From an uncultured Bdellovibrionales bacterium (GTDB lineage: Bacteria > Bdellovibrionota_C > UBA2361 > SZUA-149 > CAYMWO01): a stretch of 62,784 nucleotides of DNA. The stretch lies in assembly GCA_964393905.1 (NCBI GenBank), contig CAYMWO010000001.1, forward strand, positions 1-62,784, written 5' to 3'. The notes under the pieces are model-generated. The model did not search any database. It was given only the letters and a program-made list of their open reading frames with translations, and was not told where the DNA came from. This document shows positions 54,008 through 61,949 of this stretch, one piece after another; positions within the stretch are counted from its first letter, which is position 1, and each line of letters starts with the position of its first letter. A program made the position numbers and the translations under genes.

Positions 54008-54793
54008 TCAGGCTCCGGTTGCAGTGAAAAGTCGAGAGAGAAATTCGGGAATCATCGCAAATTCATCTCTCATGTGGTTTGCCACTCCAGGAAAAGTGAA
54101 TTCGGTAATATAGAGCCCAATACCGATAGTTAATGGAAGGCTGATAATGAAGATATTAACTTGGGGGATGAATTTCGTGATTAGTCCTAAAACGAATTGA
54201 GTAACTAGCAAAGTAACTAATATCGGTGCGCTTATCACTATTGCGAGTTCAAAGGCCCGAGAGAATCGTTCCATTAGCAGTTTCGCTGTGCTGGCATCTG
54301 GGCGGAATACACCTAAACCGATATCCCCAACAGTAGAGGAGGCTGCTCGAATAAGAATATGGTGACCATCTAGCGTAAGGAAAACCACAGTTCCCACAAG
54401 CATTCCAAGCCTTGCAAGGACGGCAATTGATTCACCTAATGAGGGATCAATCATATTTGCCTGGCCCAAGCCGATTGCTCCTGAAGTGGTCTGACCAGCG
54501 ATTGCTAAGCTACTAATAATATAACTAGGAATAGCCCCGATCAGGTAGCCGAGTATAAACTCGCAAGCAATCATTAGGCCCCCTTCGGCCGCGGTCTCCG
54601 GGATAACGGCTTTTAGGCCTGTCATCGCCAAGGAAAAGGAAAGTGCTAGGGCGAGTGCGTTGCGGAATGTGCCAGGAACCTGATCAGTTCCAATTCCAGG
54701 CAGCGAGACCATCAGCCCTTCTAATCGAACAAAGATTAGAAACCACGCCCAGAGGTTGGTGTAGTCTACTCCGGCTAATGACATCAGTCCCAT
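54008..54793 (-). CDS. fliR: Flagellar export apparatus protein FliR
   Basis: Polytopic membrane protein with FliR-like segments (F.R...l....P..g). ATG 54793 lies 4 nt after the fliQ stop. The track TTG start at 54841 would overlap fliQ by 44 nt. Confidence 0.88.
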   Translation of the reverse strand: MGLMSLAGVDYTNLWAWFLIFVRLEGLMVSLPGIGTDQVPGTFRNALALALSFSLAMTGLKAVIPETAAEGGLMIACEFILGYLIGAIPSYIISSLAIAGQTTSGAIGLGQANMIDPSLGESIAVLARLGMLVGTVVFLTLDGHHILIRAASSTVGDIGLGVFRPDASTAKLLMERFSRAFELAIVISAPILVTLLVTQFVLGLITKFIPQVNIFIISLPLTIGIGLYITEFTFPGVANHMRDEFAMIPEFLSRLFTATGA

Positions 54794-54797
54794 AATC

Positions 54798-55067
54798 CTA
54801 CTGCGTGATGTTAGGTATCTGTCCGAAGGCATAAGTGGCAAAGGCTGCCATTCGTGAAATCATCCAAGGGCCAAATACTAACAAGGCGCCGATTGAGGCG
54901 GTAATCTTAGGAATAAACGCCAAGGCCGCATCGTTAATCTGAGTTGCCGCTTGGAGAATGCTCACAAGCACACCTGCAATAAGACCAAAGAGAAGCACGG
55001 GGGCCGAGACCATCATTGCTGTCTCAATTCCGAAAGAGGCGATGTGAAGGAAATCCTCAAGCTTCAT
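54798..55067 (-). CDS. fliQ: Flagellar export apparatus protein FliQ
   Basis: 89 aa, two TM helices, AAPVLL.GL..G..VSI.QA.TQI.D..L.F.PK pattern. Confidence 0.92.
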   Translation of the reverse strand: MKLEDFLHIASFGIETAMMVSAPVLLFGLIAGVLVSILQAATQINDAALAFIPKITASIGALLVFGPWMISRMAAFATYAFGQIPNITQ

Positions 55068-55078
55068 TGGGCTAACCT

Positions 55079-55849
55079 CTATACGTGATAACTTTTTATT
55101 AGATTTCCGATAATCAAATGCCAGCCGTCAATTACAACAAACAACATCAGCTTAATGGGGAGCGAGATCACCGTTGGCGGTAAGGTAATCATGCTCATCG
55201 AAGTCAAAACCGATGAGATAATCATGTCAAGAATTAGAAACGGCAGATAAATAAGAAACGCAATCTGAAACGCAGAATTTAACTCGCTTACGAGAAACGC
55301 TGGAATAACCACACTTGGTCCGAGAAGCTCTGGAGACTCGGGCGGCTCTGTTTTTGTAACTTCTAGGAACAAGGAAAGGTCAGCCTCTCGCGTATGCCTA
55401 AGCATAAAGGTCCTAAGAGGTTCAAAGGCCTTCTGTGCGGCTTCGGCATGTCCAATTTGATCCTCCGAATACGGAACAACTGCCTTAGTGTAGATTTCGT
55501 TAAAGATTGGGCCCATCACAGCAAAAGTTAGAAATACTGCCAGCCCTAAAATTACCTGGTTGGGCGGAGTTTGGGCCGTTCCAAGCGCCTGCCTAGTTAG
55601 TGCCAGAACCACTGCAATTCTTGTAAAGCAGGTCACGCTCATCAAAATTGAAGGAATAAATGCTAACGCCGAAAGCAGAATAGATAGCTTGAGGCCGGTA
55701 AAGATCTCACTATTAGTTACCGAACTTGAGCTCGACGTATTTATCGTGATTGACGGGAGGACAGATTCAGCTGAGGCTATAGCTGGCAATAACAGCCCAA
55801 CCGCGAGCACGCCGAAAATAAAAAAGGTGTTTTTGGCTATGTTATTCAC
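55079..55849 (-). CDS. fliP: Flagellar export apparatus protein FliP
   Basis: Signal sequence, then TSFTRI.VVL...R.ALG....PPNQV..GLA.FLT.FVM.P and FLIYLPFL.IDM...S.L.SMGM..LPP. GTG start overlapping the fliO stop by 1 nt. Confidence 0.93.
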   Translation of the reverse strand: MNNIAKNTFFIFGVLAVGLLLPAIASAESVLPSITINTSSSSSVTNSEIFTGLKLSILLSALAFIPSILMSVTCFTRIAVVLALTRQALGTAQTPPNQVILGLAVFLTFAVMGPIFNEIYTKAVVPYSEDQIGHAEAAQKAFEPLRTFMLRHTREADLSLFLEVTKTEPPESPELLGPSVVIPAFLVSELNSAFQIAFLIYLPFLILDMIISSVLTSMSMITLPPTVISLPIKLMLFVVIDGWHLIIGNLIKSYHV

Positions 55850-56397
55850 TACGGTCTACCTGGGCCACCTGAATTAATTCTGGAAAGTCCGGGAGAATCT
55901 GCAATATCTCGATAACTTCGCTCTGAAGCTAAACTGCCAACTGGAGTTGTGAGTTCGACAACCTTCGTGCTTTTCTCAGCTTCATCTGGCAAAGATGAGA
56001 TTAAAGAGATGTTGTCTCCAGATTGCGAGAGTAGAAGGTTAGCGCCATTGACTTGAACAATAAGAAGATGCGCTCGGGGACCCAAACTCTTTTTCGCAAT
56101 TATTTGAATATGCTCCAATTGAGCCCCATTTTTCCTCTTCGAGTAAAAGCGCTTAAATATCGATGCGCCAAACAGAAATACCCCTAGACAATACAACAAT
56201 CCTTTTGCCACTGATGAACCTAGAGCTTGAGTGCTTGGGACATCCGCTCCAACAATTGGATTTTGCAATAAAGCCGCAACTGAGGGCCTACTCCCTGTTA
56301 CCCCTACATCCTCTGCCACCGCGCACAGCGGATTGGCGAGGAAACAGGTTAGGCAAAGCGCCAGGAGTATAACCGAAACGAGAGATAGCTTTTTCAT
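55849..56397 (-). CDS. fliO: FliO/FliZ-type flagellar export protein
   Basis: From Met 56397 there is an N-terminal leader and one internal TM helix. The conserved IQIIAKKSLGPRAHLLIVQVNGANLLLSQSGDNISLI block matches the FliO pattern. Position is between fliN and fliP. Confidence 0.7.
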   Translation of the reverse strand: MKKLSLVSVILLALCLTCFLANPLCAVAEDVGVTGSRPSVAALLQNPIVGADVPSTQALGSSVAKGLLYCLGVFLFGASIFKRFYSKRKNGAQLEHIQIIAKKSLGPRAHLLIVQVNGANLLLSQSGDNISLISSLPDEAEKSTKVVELTTPVGSLASERSYRDIADSPGLSRINSGGPGRP

Positions 56398-56398
56398 T

Positions 56399-56758
56399 TT
56401 AGGCCAAGCTCTCGATGCGCTCCTGCTGCGAAACGATATCTGTAATACGCACACCAAACTTTTCGTTAACAATTACCGCCTCACCTCGTGCAACCAGCCG
56501 TTCGTTGATAAAAATATCCAACGGCTCGCCGGCCAATTTGGCGAGTTCGATAACAGATCCTTGTCCTAACTGGAGGAGATCTTGAATCGATAATCTGGTT
56601 CGCCCTACTTCCACACTCACCTGCAGCGACACGTCTAACAGGAAATCCAAGTTGCGTGGGGTTCCCTGTTGAGCCTGCGGGGCTTGTGCGGTGGCCTTAA
56701 CTATTCCCTCAGCTGCTGAGGCAACGGATTCGACTAGTTTCTCGGTATCTTCAGCCAT
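56399..56758 (-). CDS. fliN: Flagellar motor switch protein FliN
   Basis: C-terminal SpoA domain: NLDFLLDVSLQVSVE.GRT...I.DLL.L..GS.IEL........D...N..L.A.GE.V...EKFGVRIT. Confidence 0.88.
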   Translation of the reverse strand: MAEDTEKLVESVASAAEGIVKATAQAPQAQQGTPRNLDFLLDVSLQVSVEVGRTRLSIQDLLQLGQGSVIELAKLAGEPLDIFINERLVARGEAVIVNEKFGVRITDIVSQQERIESLA

Positions 56759-56794
56759 AATCTAACCTCTACGTTTACCTAATAAGCGCTTTTT

Positions 56795-57784
56795 CTACTT
56801 TAAATCTTCAGGATCCGTTATTCCGTCAGTGATGCGGATTGCTCTACTACCACGATAACTTCCGACATAGCCTTTGTATTTAGGAATCCCTTCCACCTTG
56901 ATGATTGCTTCGTCGGTTGGGCTTGTTTCGAGCGGTAAAATGTCACCGACATTCATCTCAAGAATATCTCTAGTAAGAACATTGCCTCGCGCAAGTTCAA
57001 CACTCATGTTGACATCCGTCCGGCGAATATTAGTCTCCATTCGCTTAATAACGTTAGTGTCAACCTCGAGTCGTGTGCTCTGGAATCCAGTGGTGAGCTT
57101 CTGTCTGATTGGCTCAATCGTCGAATATGGAGTGCAGAGTGTTAAGGTAGTGCTCTCCTGCTCTAATTCGACTTCGATAGTTACAATAATCACGACATCG
57201 GTCGGAGGAACGATGGCAATTGCCAGCGGGTTAAATTCCGACCGTGCATAAACAAAATCAACGGGATGAATTGGAGCCCAAGCCTCTTTTAGAATCTCAA
57301 GCGCCATCATCACCACTTTGCCGATTAGGCGAGTTTCAATCGCTGTATACTCTCGACCCTCAATCTTAACTTTGCCCGAGCCTTTTCCGCCGAAGAGGCT
57401 GTCAACGATTCCAAAAACAAGTGGGGTCGAAACTACGAGGAGTGCAAACCCCTGAAGTGGGGGCATACGATAAATATGTAAACTGGAAGGGAGAGGAAGC
57501 TTCTTCATGAAGAAGCCGAACTTCACAATTTCGATACCGCCGACGTTAATGAAGCAGGTGCGGCCTAGAAATTTCGAAAGGCCTGTTCGGAACGATCGAG
57601 CAAAGCGGTCATGAATAAGCTCCATGGTCGGCATACGACCGCGGATAATGCGCTCTTGGCTCGCGAGGTCGTATTTTCTGACCCCTTCTTCCTGCGTGTC
57701 TTCAAAGGTATCGGTTTCGATATCCGCATCTGACAGACCACGTAGTAGCGCATTAATCTCGTCTTGAGAGAGAATCTGGTTCAT
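56795..57784 (-). CDS. fliM: Flagellar motor switch protein FliM
   Basis: N-terminal CheY-P docking peptide ILSQDEINALL, middle-domain motifs and a C-terminal SpoA-like domain. 329 aa. Confidence 0.92.
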   Translation of the reverse strand: MNQILSQDEINALLRGLSDADIETDTFEDTQEEGVRKYDLASQERIIRGRMPTMELIHDRFARSFRTGLSKFLGRTCFINVGGIEIVKFGFFMKKLPLPSSLHIYRMPPLQGFALLVVSTPLVFGIVDSLFGGKGSGKVKIEGREYTAIETRLIGKVVMMALEILKEAWAPIHPVDFVYARSEFNPLAIAIVPPTDVVIIVTIEVELEQESTTLTLCTPYSTIEPIRQKLTTGFQSTRLEVDTNVIKRMETNIRRTDVNMSVELARGNVLTRDILEMNVGDILPLETSPTDEAIIKVEGIPKYKGYVGSYRGSRAIRITDGITDPEDLK

Positions 57785-57888
57785 AACCGAGAAAACCCTT
57801 TAGCTTAACCTAAAATCCACGCGACAATACGACGCTGCCGCAAAAAAAACCTAAAAACCAGAAATCTAATTTCAGTAACGCTTAAGGA

Positions 57889-58413
57889 TTACTGAACAAT
57901 AAATTCCGTATAATAAATCTGGACTACATCTTCTGAGCCCAGAGTCTCGTTCACAGCGTTTTTAATCTCTTCTCTTGTCTTCTCTTTGCCTTCTTCGCTG
58001 AGAATGTCCGCCGCTGTTTTAGCACTCAAAATACGAATAATTGCATGCCGTATTTTTGGCACATCACTTTCAATCGTATGTGGAAGCTCCGGTTCAGCAA
58101 ACTCCAGCTGAATGGTTGTCTTCAAGAAGCTTCCCTTAACCTGTAGGTTAACGATAAAGGTCTCTAGCGGTAGAATTGCTCCTGGGAGCTCAACGCCCTC
58201 TCCCTCTGCTCCGCCTTCACCTTCGGTCGCAACCTCCTCGGTGTCATCTCCTTCTTCACCATCCGTACTCTTCTTCGAACCACTTAATGCCAAAAATGCG
58301 CCAACTCCGATCACGATGAGTAATACAACCGCACCAATGATGATAAATAGGGTCTTCTTGCTCTTCGCCTTTGAATCGCCGCCCTCTTCGCCTTCTTTCT
58401 TTTCCTCGGCCAT
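57889..58413 (-). CDS. fliL: Flagellar basal-body-associated protein FliL
   Basis: Single TM (LFIIIGAVVLLIVIGVGAFL), then L..F.VNL.......L...I.LE........E....P.IR..I...L and V..IYFTEF.VQ-type C-terminus. Confidence 0.85.
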   Translation of the reverse strand: MAEEKKEGEEGGDSKAKSKKTLFIIIGAVVLLIVIGVGAFLALSGSKKSTDGEEGDDTEEVATEGEGGAEGEGVELPGAILPLETFIVNLQVKGSFLKTTIQLEFAEPELPHTIESDVPKIRHAIIRILSAKTAADILSEEGKEKTREEIKNAVNETLGSEDVVQIYYTEFIVQ

Positions 58414-58581
58414 CTTCGTTTACCAGTGGTTTGAACGTTACAAGTAGCATTAGACATCGCCAGTGAATCAGCTAACCCCCTAAAAAGCAAGGGTAAAAGC
58501 ATATTCCTAGCTGTTCGTTTAGACGTGATTTCTGAGCCCTAAGTTGCAACTAAGTAGCTTTTTGTAATCTGAATGAAGGGA

Positions 58582-59322
58582 TTATTTTAGGGAGCTAACT
58601 GGAATCAGCTCAACTTCGATGCGGTTATTCCGCAGTGTTGCCAGGGGTGAATTTTGAGGTACAGCAGGCTTGGAACTGCCAAAACCTATGACAGAAATAG
58701 ACTGTCCTTCGACACCAGCGTCAATCATTTGTCGCCTAATAGCGAGAGATCTTCCCAGAGAAAGCTCCCAATTCGAGGGAAAAATTTTCGAATTAATCGG
58801 CAAAGCGTCTGTGTGTCCGGCAATTTTTAAAATCGGAGTCATGCCGCTGAGAGCATCTAGAAATGTCTTGAGGTTTGTTTGCCCGGTAAAAGTTAGTTCG
58901 TCTGAGCTACGAGTGAATGTCGTTCCATCAAAGATTACGACTACACTAGTGCCAGCTCTTTTAAGTTCAATTCCGCTCTTAAAGCGATAGCCACCCAAGC
59001 CATGCTCTACTTCTGGACTACCGAGAGCTTTGCCCATGCGTTCAGCAAGTTTTGTAACAAGTTGAGTCTCTAACCTACTCTTAAGTTCAATTCCGGAAGG
59101 ACGGTCTGTTGGTACACCTAATTGAACATCCGCGCTCGGAGGAGGAGGGGTTCGTTCACCTGAAAGGGCAGGTTTGAACTCGATAGTGGACATTGAATAG
59201 CGGACAACAAAGAGAGTTAATAAGAGCGTTAAAAGATCAGCAAAGGTTACCATCCAGCCGTTTACTGAACCATTTACCGGTGCGGAGTCCCGCTGAGTCT
59301 TAAATGTTCTTCCGGCGTACAT
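58582..59322 (-). CDS. motB: Flagellar stator protein MotB (canonical)
   Basis: TM with the conserved Asp (WMVTFADLLTLLLTLFVV) and a C-terminal OmpA-like peptidoglycan-binding domain (GHTDALP...FPSNWELSLGRSLAIRRQM...NNRIEVEL). Confidence 0.85.
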   Translation of the reverse strand: MYAGRTFKTQRDSAPVNGSVNGWMVTFADLLTLLLTLFVVRYSMSTIEFKPALSGERTPPPPSADVQLGVPTDRPSGIELKSRLETQLVTKLAERMGKALGSPEVEHGLGGYRFKSGIELKRAGTSVVVIFDGTTFTRSSDELTFTGQTNLKTFLDALSGMTPILKIAGHTDALPINSKIFPSNWELSLGRSLAIRRQMIDAGVEGQSISVIGFGSSKPAVPQNSPLATLRNNRIEVELIPVSSLK

Positions 59323-59328
59323 CTGCTG

Positions 59329-60075
59329 TTAGTCGCGCTCGCTTATGATTAGCATTAAATCACCTGGTAAGACTGGGTTAACGCCAGGCGCTCCAGAATC
59401 TGCCGTAGTTGACACCGCGTTTACCGACTTGCCTCCACCAGAGATATTTTCCGCAGGGACGTTGTGATCGATGAAGAAACGGACAAGTGCCATAGCCCTA
59501 AGTCCGGCAAGCTCTAACCCTGAACGCCCAGACTGTCTTAATTGAGAATTCTCGATATTCGAATCCTCAACATCGATAAGGGCGTAAATTTCAATCTTAA
59601 GGTTAAAACTCGAAGCCTGATTCGCCATTTTACTTAATATTGAAATAATCTGAGCCCTGACCTGATCATTATTATCATCGAAAACCTGTTTAAGATGGAT
59701 TCGTGCTGTAAAGGCCCCAGGTTGATGTGAAACTTCAAAACCGCTGGGGATAAGAAGAGTTTCTAATGTCTTAAAATGCGCTGGATAGCGATCTGTATCA
59801 GCCGTTGGCCCGGCCTCACCTGCAGGAGGAAGTGTCCCAGATTGCAGTGTATCACTGGGGATTAAGGGCCTTTTCTCAATTTTTTTTGGAAAAAATTGGT
59901 GTAAAGAATTTAATACCGCCTCCTTCCGACTATGGTTAGGAGTGGTCAAAGAGTTTAGGAATATAAACAGCAAGAGCATGATCATCGAGAGGCATGTCAA
60001 AGTGACGTTTACCGTATCGGGATCTGCTTCAAGTTCTCGATTCTTTTTCTTCCCGGTGATTAACGGAGCTAACAT
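59329..60075 (-). CDS. MotB-like paralogue lacking the conserved TM aspartate, degenerate OmpA-like C-terminus
   Basis: TM segment VNVTLTCLSMIMLLLFIFL aligns by eye with MotB WMVTFADLLTLLLTLFVV, placing Cys at the Asp position. The C-terminal LELAGLRAMALVRFF weakly echoes WELS..RA. Lies 9 nt after motA and 6 nt before motB. Confidence 0.55.
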   Translation of the reverse strand: MLAPLITGKKKNRELEADPDTVNVTLTCLSMIMLLLFIFLNSLTTPNHSRKEAVLNSLHQFFPKKIEKRPLIPSDTLQSGTLPPAGEAGPTADTDRYPAHFKTLETLLIPSGFEVSHQPGAFTARIHLKQVFDDNNDQVRAQIISILSKMANQASSFNLKIEIYALIDVEDSNIENSQLRQSGRSGLELAGLRAMALVRFFIDHNVPAENISGGGKSVNAVSTTADSGAPGVNPVLPGDLMLIISERD

Positions 60076-60084
60076 AAGGCTGCT

Positions 60085-60909
60085 CTAGTTAAATTGCGAA
60101 CGCCGCTCCTCGGGAGGGAGGAAGCTAAGAAGTCGTTGCTCTACAAGGCGTGGATTTGTGCCGTATACGATATCGATAATTCCTTCGAGAGTCATCTCTT
60201 TAATTAACCTTTCGGCCTCACTCCGGGTTCGTAGTTTGCCGGCCAGTGGAAGGAAAATTAGGTTAGCTAACATGGCGCCGTAGAATGTTGTTAACAGAGC
60301 AACCGACATCGCGGGTCCAATAGTGGAGGGATCTTCGATTGTACGGAGCATTTGCACTAGACCGATTAATGTTCCGATTAGCCCCATAGCTGGGGCTAAA
60401 GTGCCCATCGATTGAAAAAGTTGTGCCGCTCGGCGATGCCTGTCCTCGAGGAAAGCGATTTCAATCTCTAACGTGCGGCGGATATCGTCAGGATGCAGGT
60501 CGTCAACTGCGAGCTCAAGAGACTTTCTCAAAAAGGAATCAGGTTCACGATAGATATCCTCTTGCAGTGTTAATAGCCCAGCCGCGCGACTCTTCTTGGA
60601 AAGCTCAACGAGGCGCTTCATTCTCAGGGTAGCCGAGGAATAATCAGGGAAAAATACTGTCCGGAGCGCAGCAATACTGCGTTTAAAATCGTCCAGGGGG
60701 AAATTTATTAAGGTACCACCAAGTGTCCCGCCGATTACAATCAGTAAACTCTGAAACTCAAAAAACGATGCGAGTCCCCCACCCAAAAAGATTGCAAGAA
60801 AAACGAGACCAAATGCAGCAGCTGCCCCAATCAAAGTAGATTGGTCGAGCTCATTCGCCCGACGGGCCCCGTATCCGGTAGGTTCGCGGTAAAAGTCTTC
60901 CACCTTCAT
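60085..60909 (-). CDS. motA: Flagellar stator protein MotA
   Basis: MotA/TolQ/ExbB family: four TM helices, a cytoplasmic loop with charged residues, and APAMGLIGTLIGLVQML....DP..IGPAMSVALLTTFYGA.LANL.FLP.A.KL. Confidence 0.9.
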   Translation of the reverse strand: MKVEDFYREPTGYGARRANELDQSTLIGAAAAFGLVFLAIFLGGGLASFFEFQSLLIVIGGTLGGTLINFPLDDFKRSIAALRTVFFPDYSSATLRMKRLVELSKKSRAAGLLTLQEDIYREPDSFLRKSLELAVDDLHPDDIRRTLEIEIAFLEDRHRRAAQLFQSMGTLAPAMGLIGTLIGLVQMLRTIEDPSTIGPAMSVALLTTFYGAMLANLIFLPLAGKLRTRSEAERLIKEMTLEGIIDIVYGTNPRLVEQRLLSFLPPEERRSQFN

Positions 60910-60997
60910 TCCCCAATGAAATAACTTACTGTCTCAGTTCGAGTTTTTAAGATGCGCTAAGGTGGGACGAATGTTCTAAGTTGTTGAAAAACGACAA

Positions 60998-61783
60998 TTA
61001 ATGCCTAAGGAATAGCCCAGCAAACAAACTCACTACATCAAAGATGAAGTGATAGAGAAAAAGCGGAGCCAATCGCTCCTGATTAGCGATGTAAGCTCCA
61101 ACAAACCCTAACCCTAAACCGGCTAAGGCCATTGCCGCCACTGGTCCCCAAGTAAAATAGTGCGAAACGCCAAAAATAATAGAGCTAACGGCGGCCGCAA
61201 AAATATCCCTTTCACGTTGGTTCGACGAGATTGCCCGCCACCTTCTCAGAACGCTAATTAGCAAACCACGGAAAATTAGCTCCTCAGTTACTGCTGCCCA
61301 GAGGGCGATTAGAGCAAGCCGGATTGTGAGGAGAAAAACCAACCCTGTGGTGAACTCCGGGCGGCCGGTGGGGAAAACGGCATGAGTCAGAGTCGCCTGC
61401 CGAGACGTTAAGAACTCAGGGGCAAGAATGATGATTATCACCGCAGGGATGCATCCGAGAGCAAACCCGGTATGCGTGTGGCTAAGCGCCTGTCGAAACC
61501 CCGAGCCGATGCCAATTGAGAGTTTAAGCCGCATGCGGATAAAAATCGCACAAATACTGGCAAGCCCAAGGGCAATAGTTGTTACGTCCAGGTCTGAATG
61601 CCCAAGCCGTTGAACCAAAAAGGTGACAAATGCTGGAGCGCAAGCAACGGCAAATGACACAGCAACAAGTAGAGAGCCAACATTAGGTGTCTGCTCGAGG
61701 GCACTTCCCTGATAAAGCGCGCTCAGGAACCCTCTAATTCGATCCAAAGCAAGAAAATCAGTAATGACCCTTTTTGTGTTCAT
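60998..61783 (-). CDS. CPBP-family (CAAX-type) intramembrane metalloprotease
   Basis: Polytopic protein with EELIFRGLL (motif 1), FGVSHY (motif 2) and the C-terminal HFIFD-type motif. Confidence 0.85.
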   Translation of the reverse strand: MNTKRVITDFLALDRIRGFLSALYQGSALEQTPNVGSLLVAVSFAVACAPAFVTFLVQRLGHSDLDVTTIALGLASICAIFIRMRLKLSIGIGSGFRQALSHTHTGFALGCIPAVIIIILAPEFLTSRQATLTHAVFPTGRPEFTTGLVFLLTIRLALIALWAAVTEELIFRGLLISVLRRWRAISSNQRERDIFAAAVSSIIFGVSHYFTWGPVAAMALAGLGLGFVGAYIANQERLAPLFLYHFIFDVVSLFAGLFLRH

Positions 61784-61949
61784 TCATTTATTCTCATAGG
61801 GCACTACTTGGTAGGGTGGCAACTGAATTGGAGCTGGGTAAGACACTGACTCCTGAAGATAAGATGCTTTTAACCCTCGTGAATCTGTGGTTAAACAGCG
61901 CTTTAAGAGTTTATGTAAGGGTTTAATAGGAAAAGAGCATAAGAAGAGT

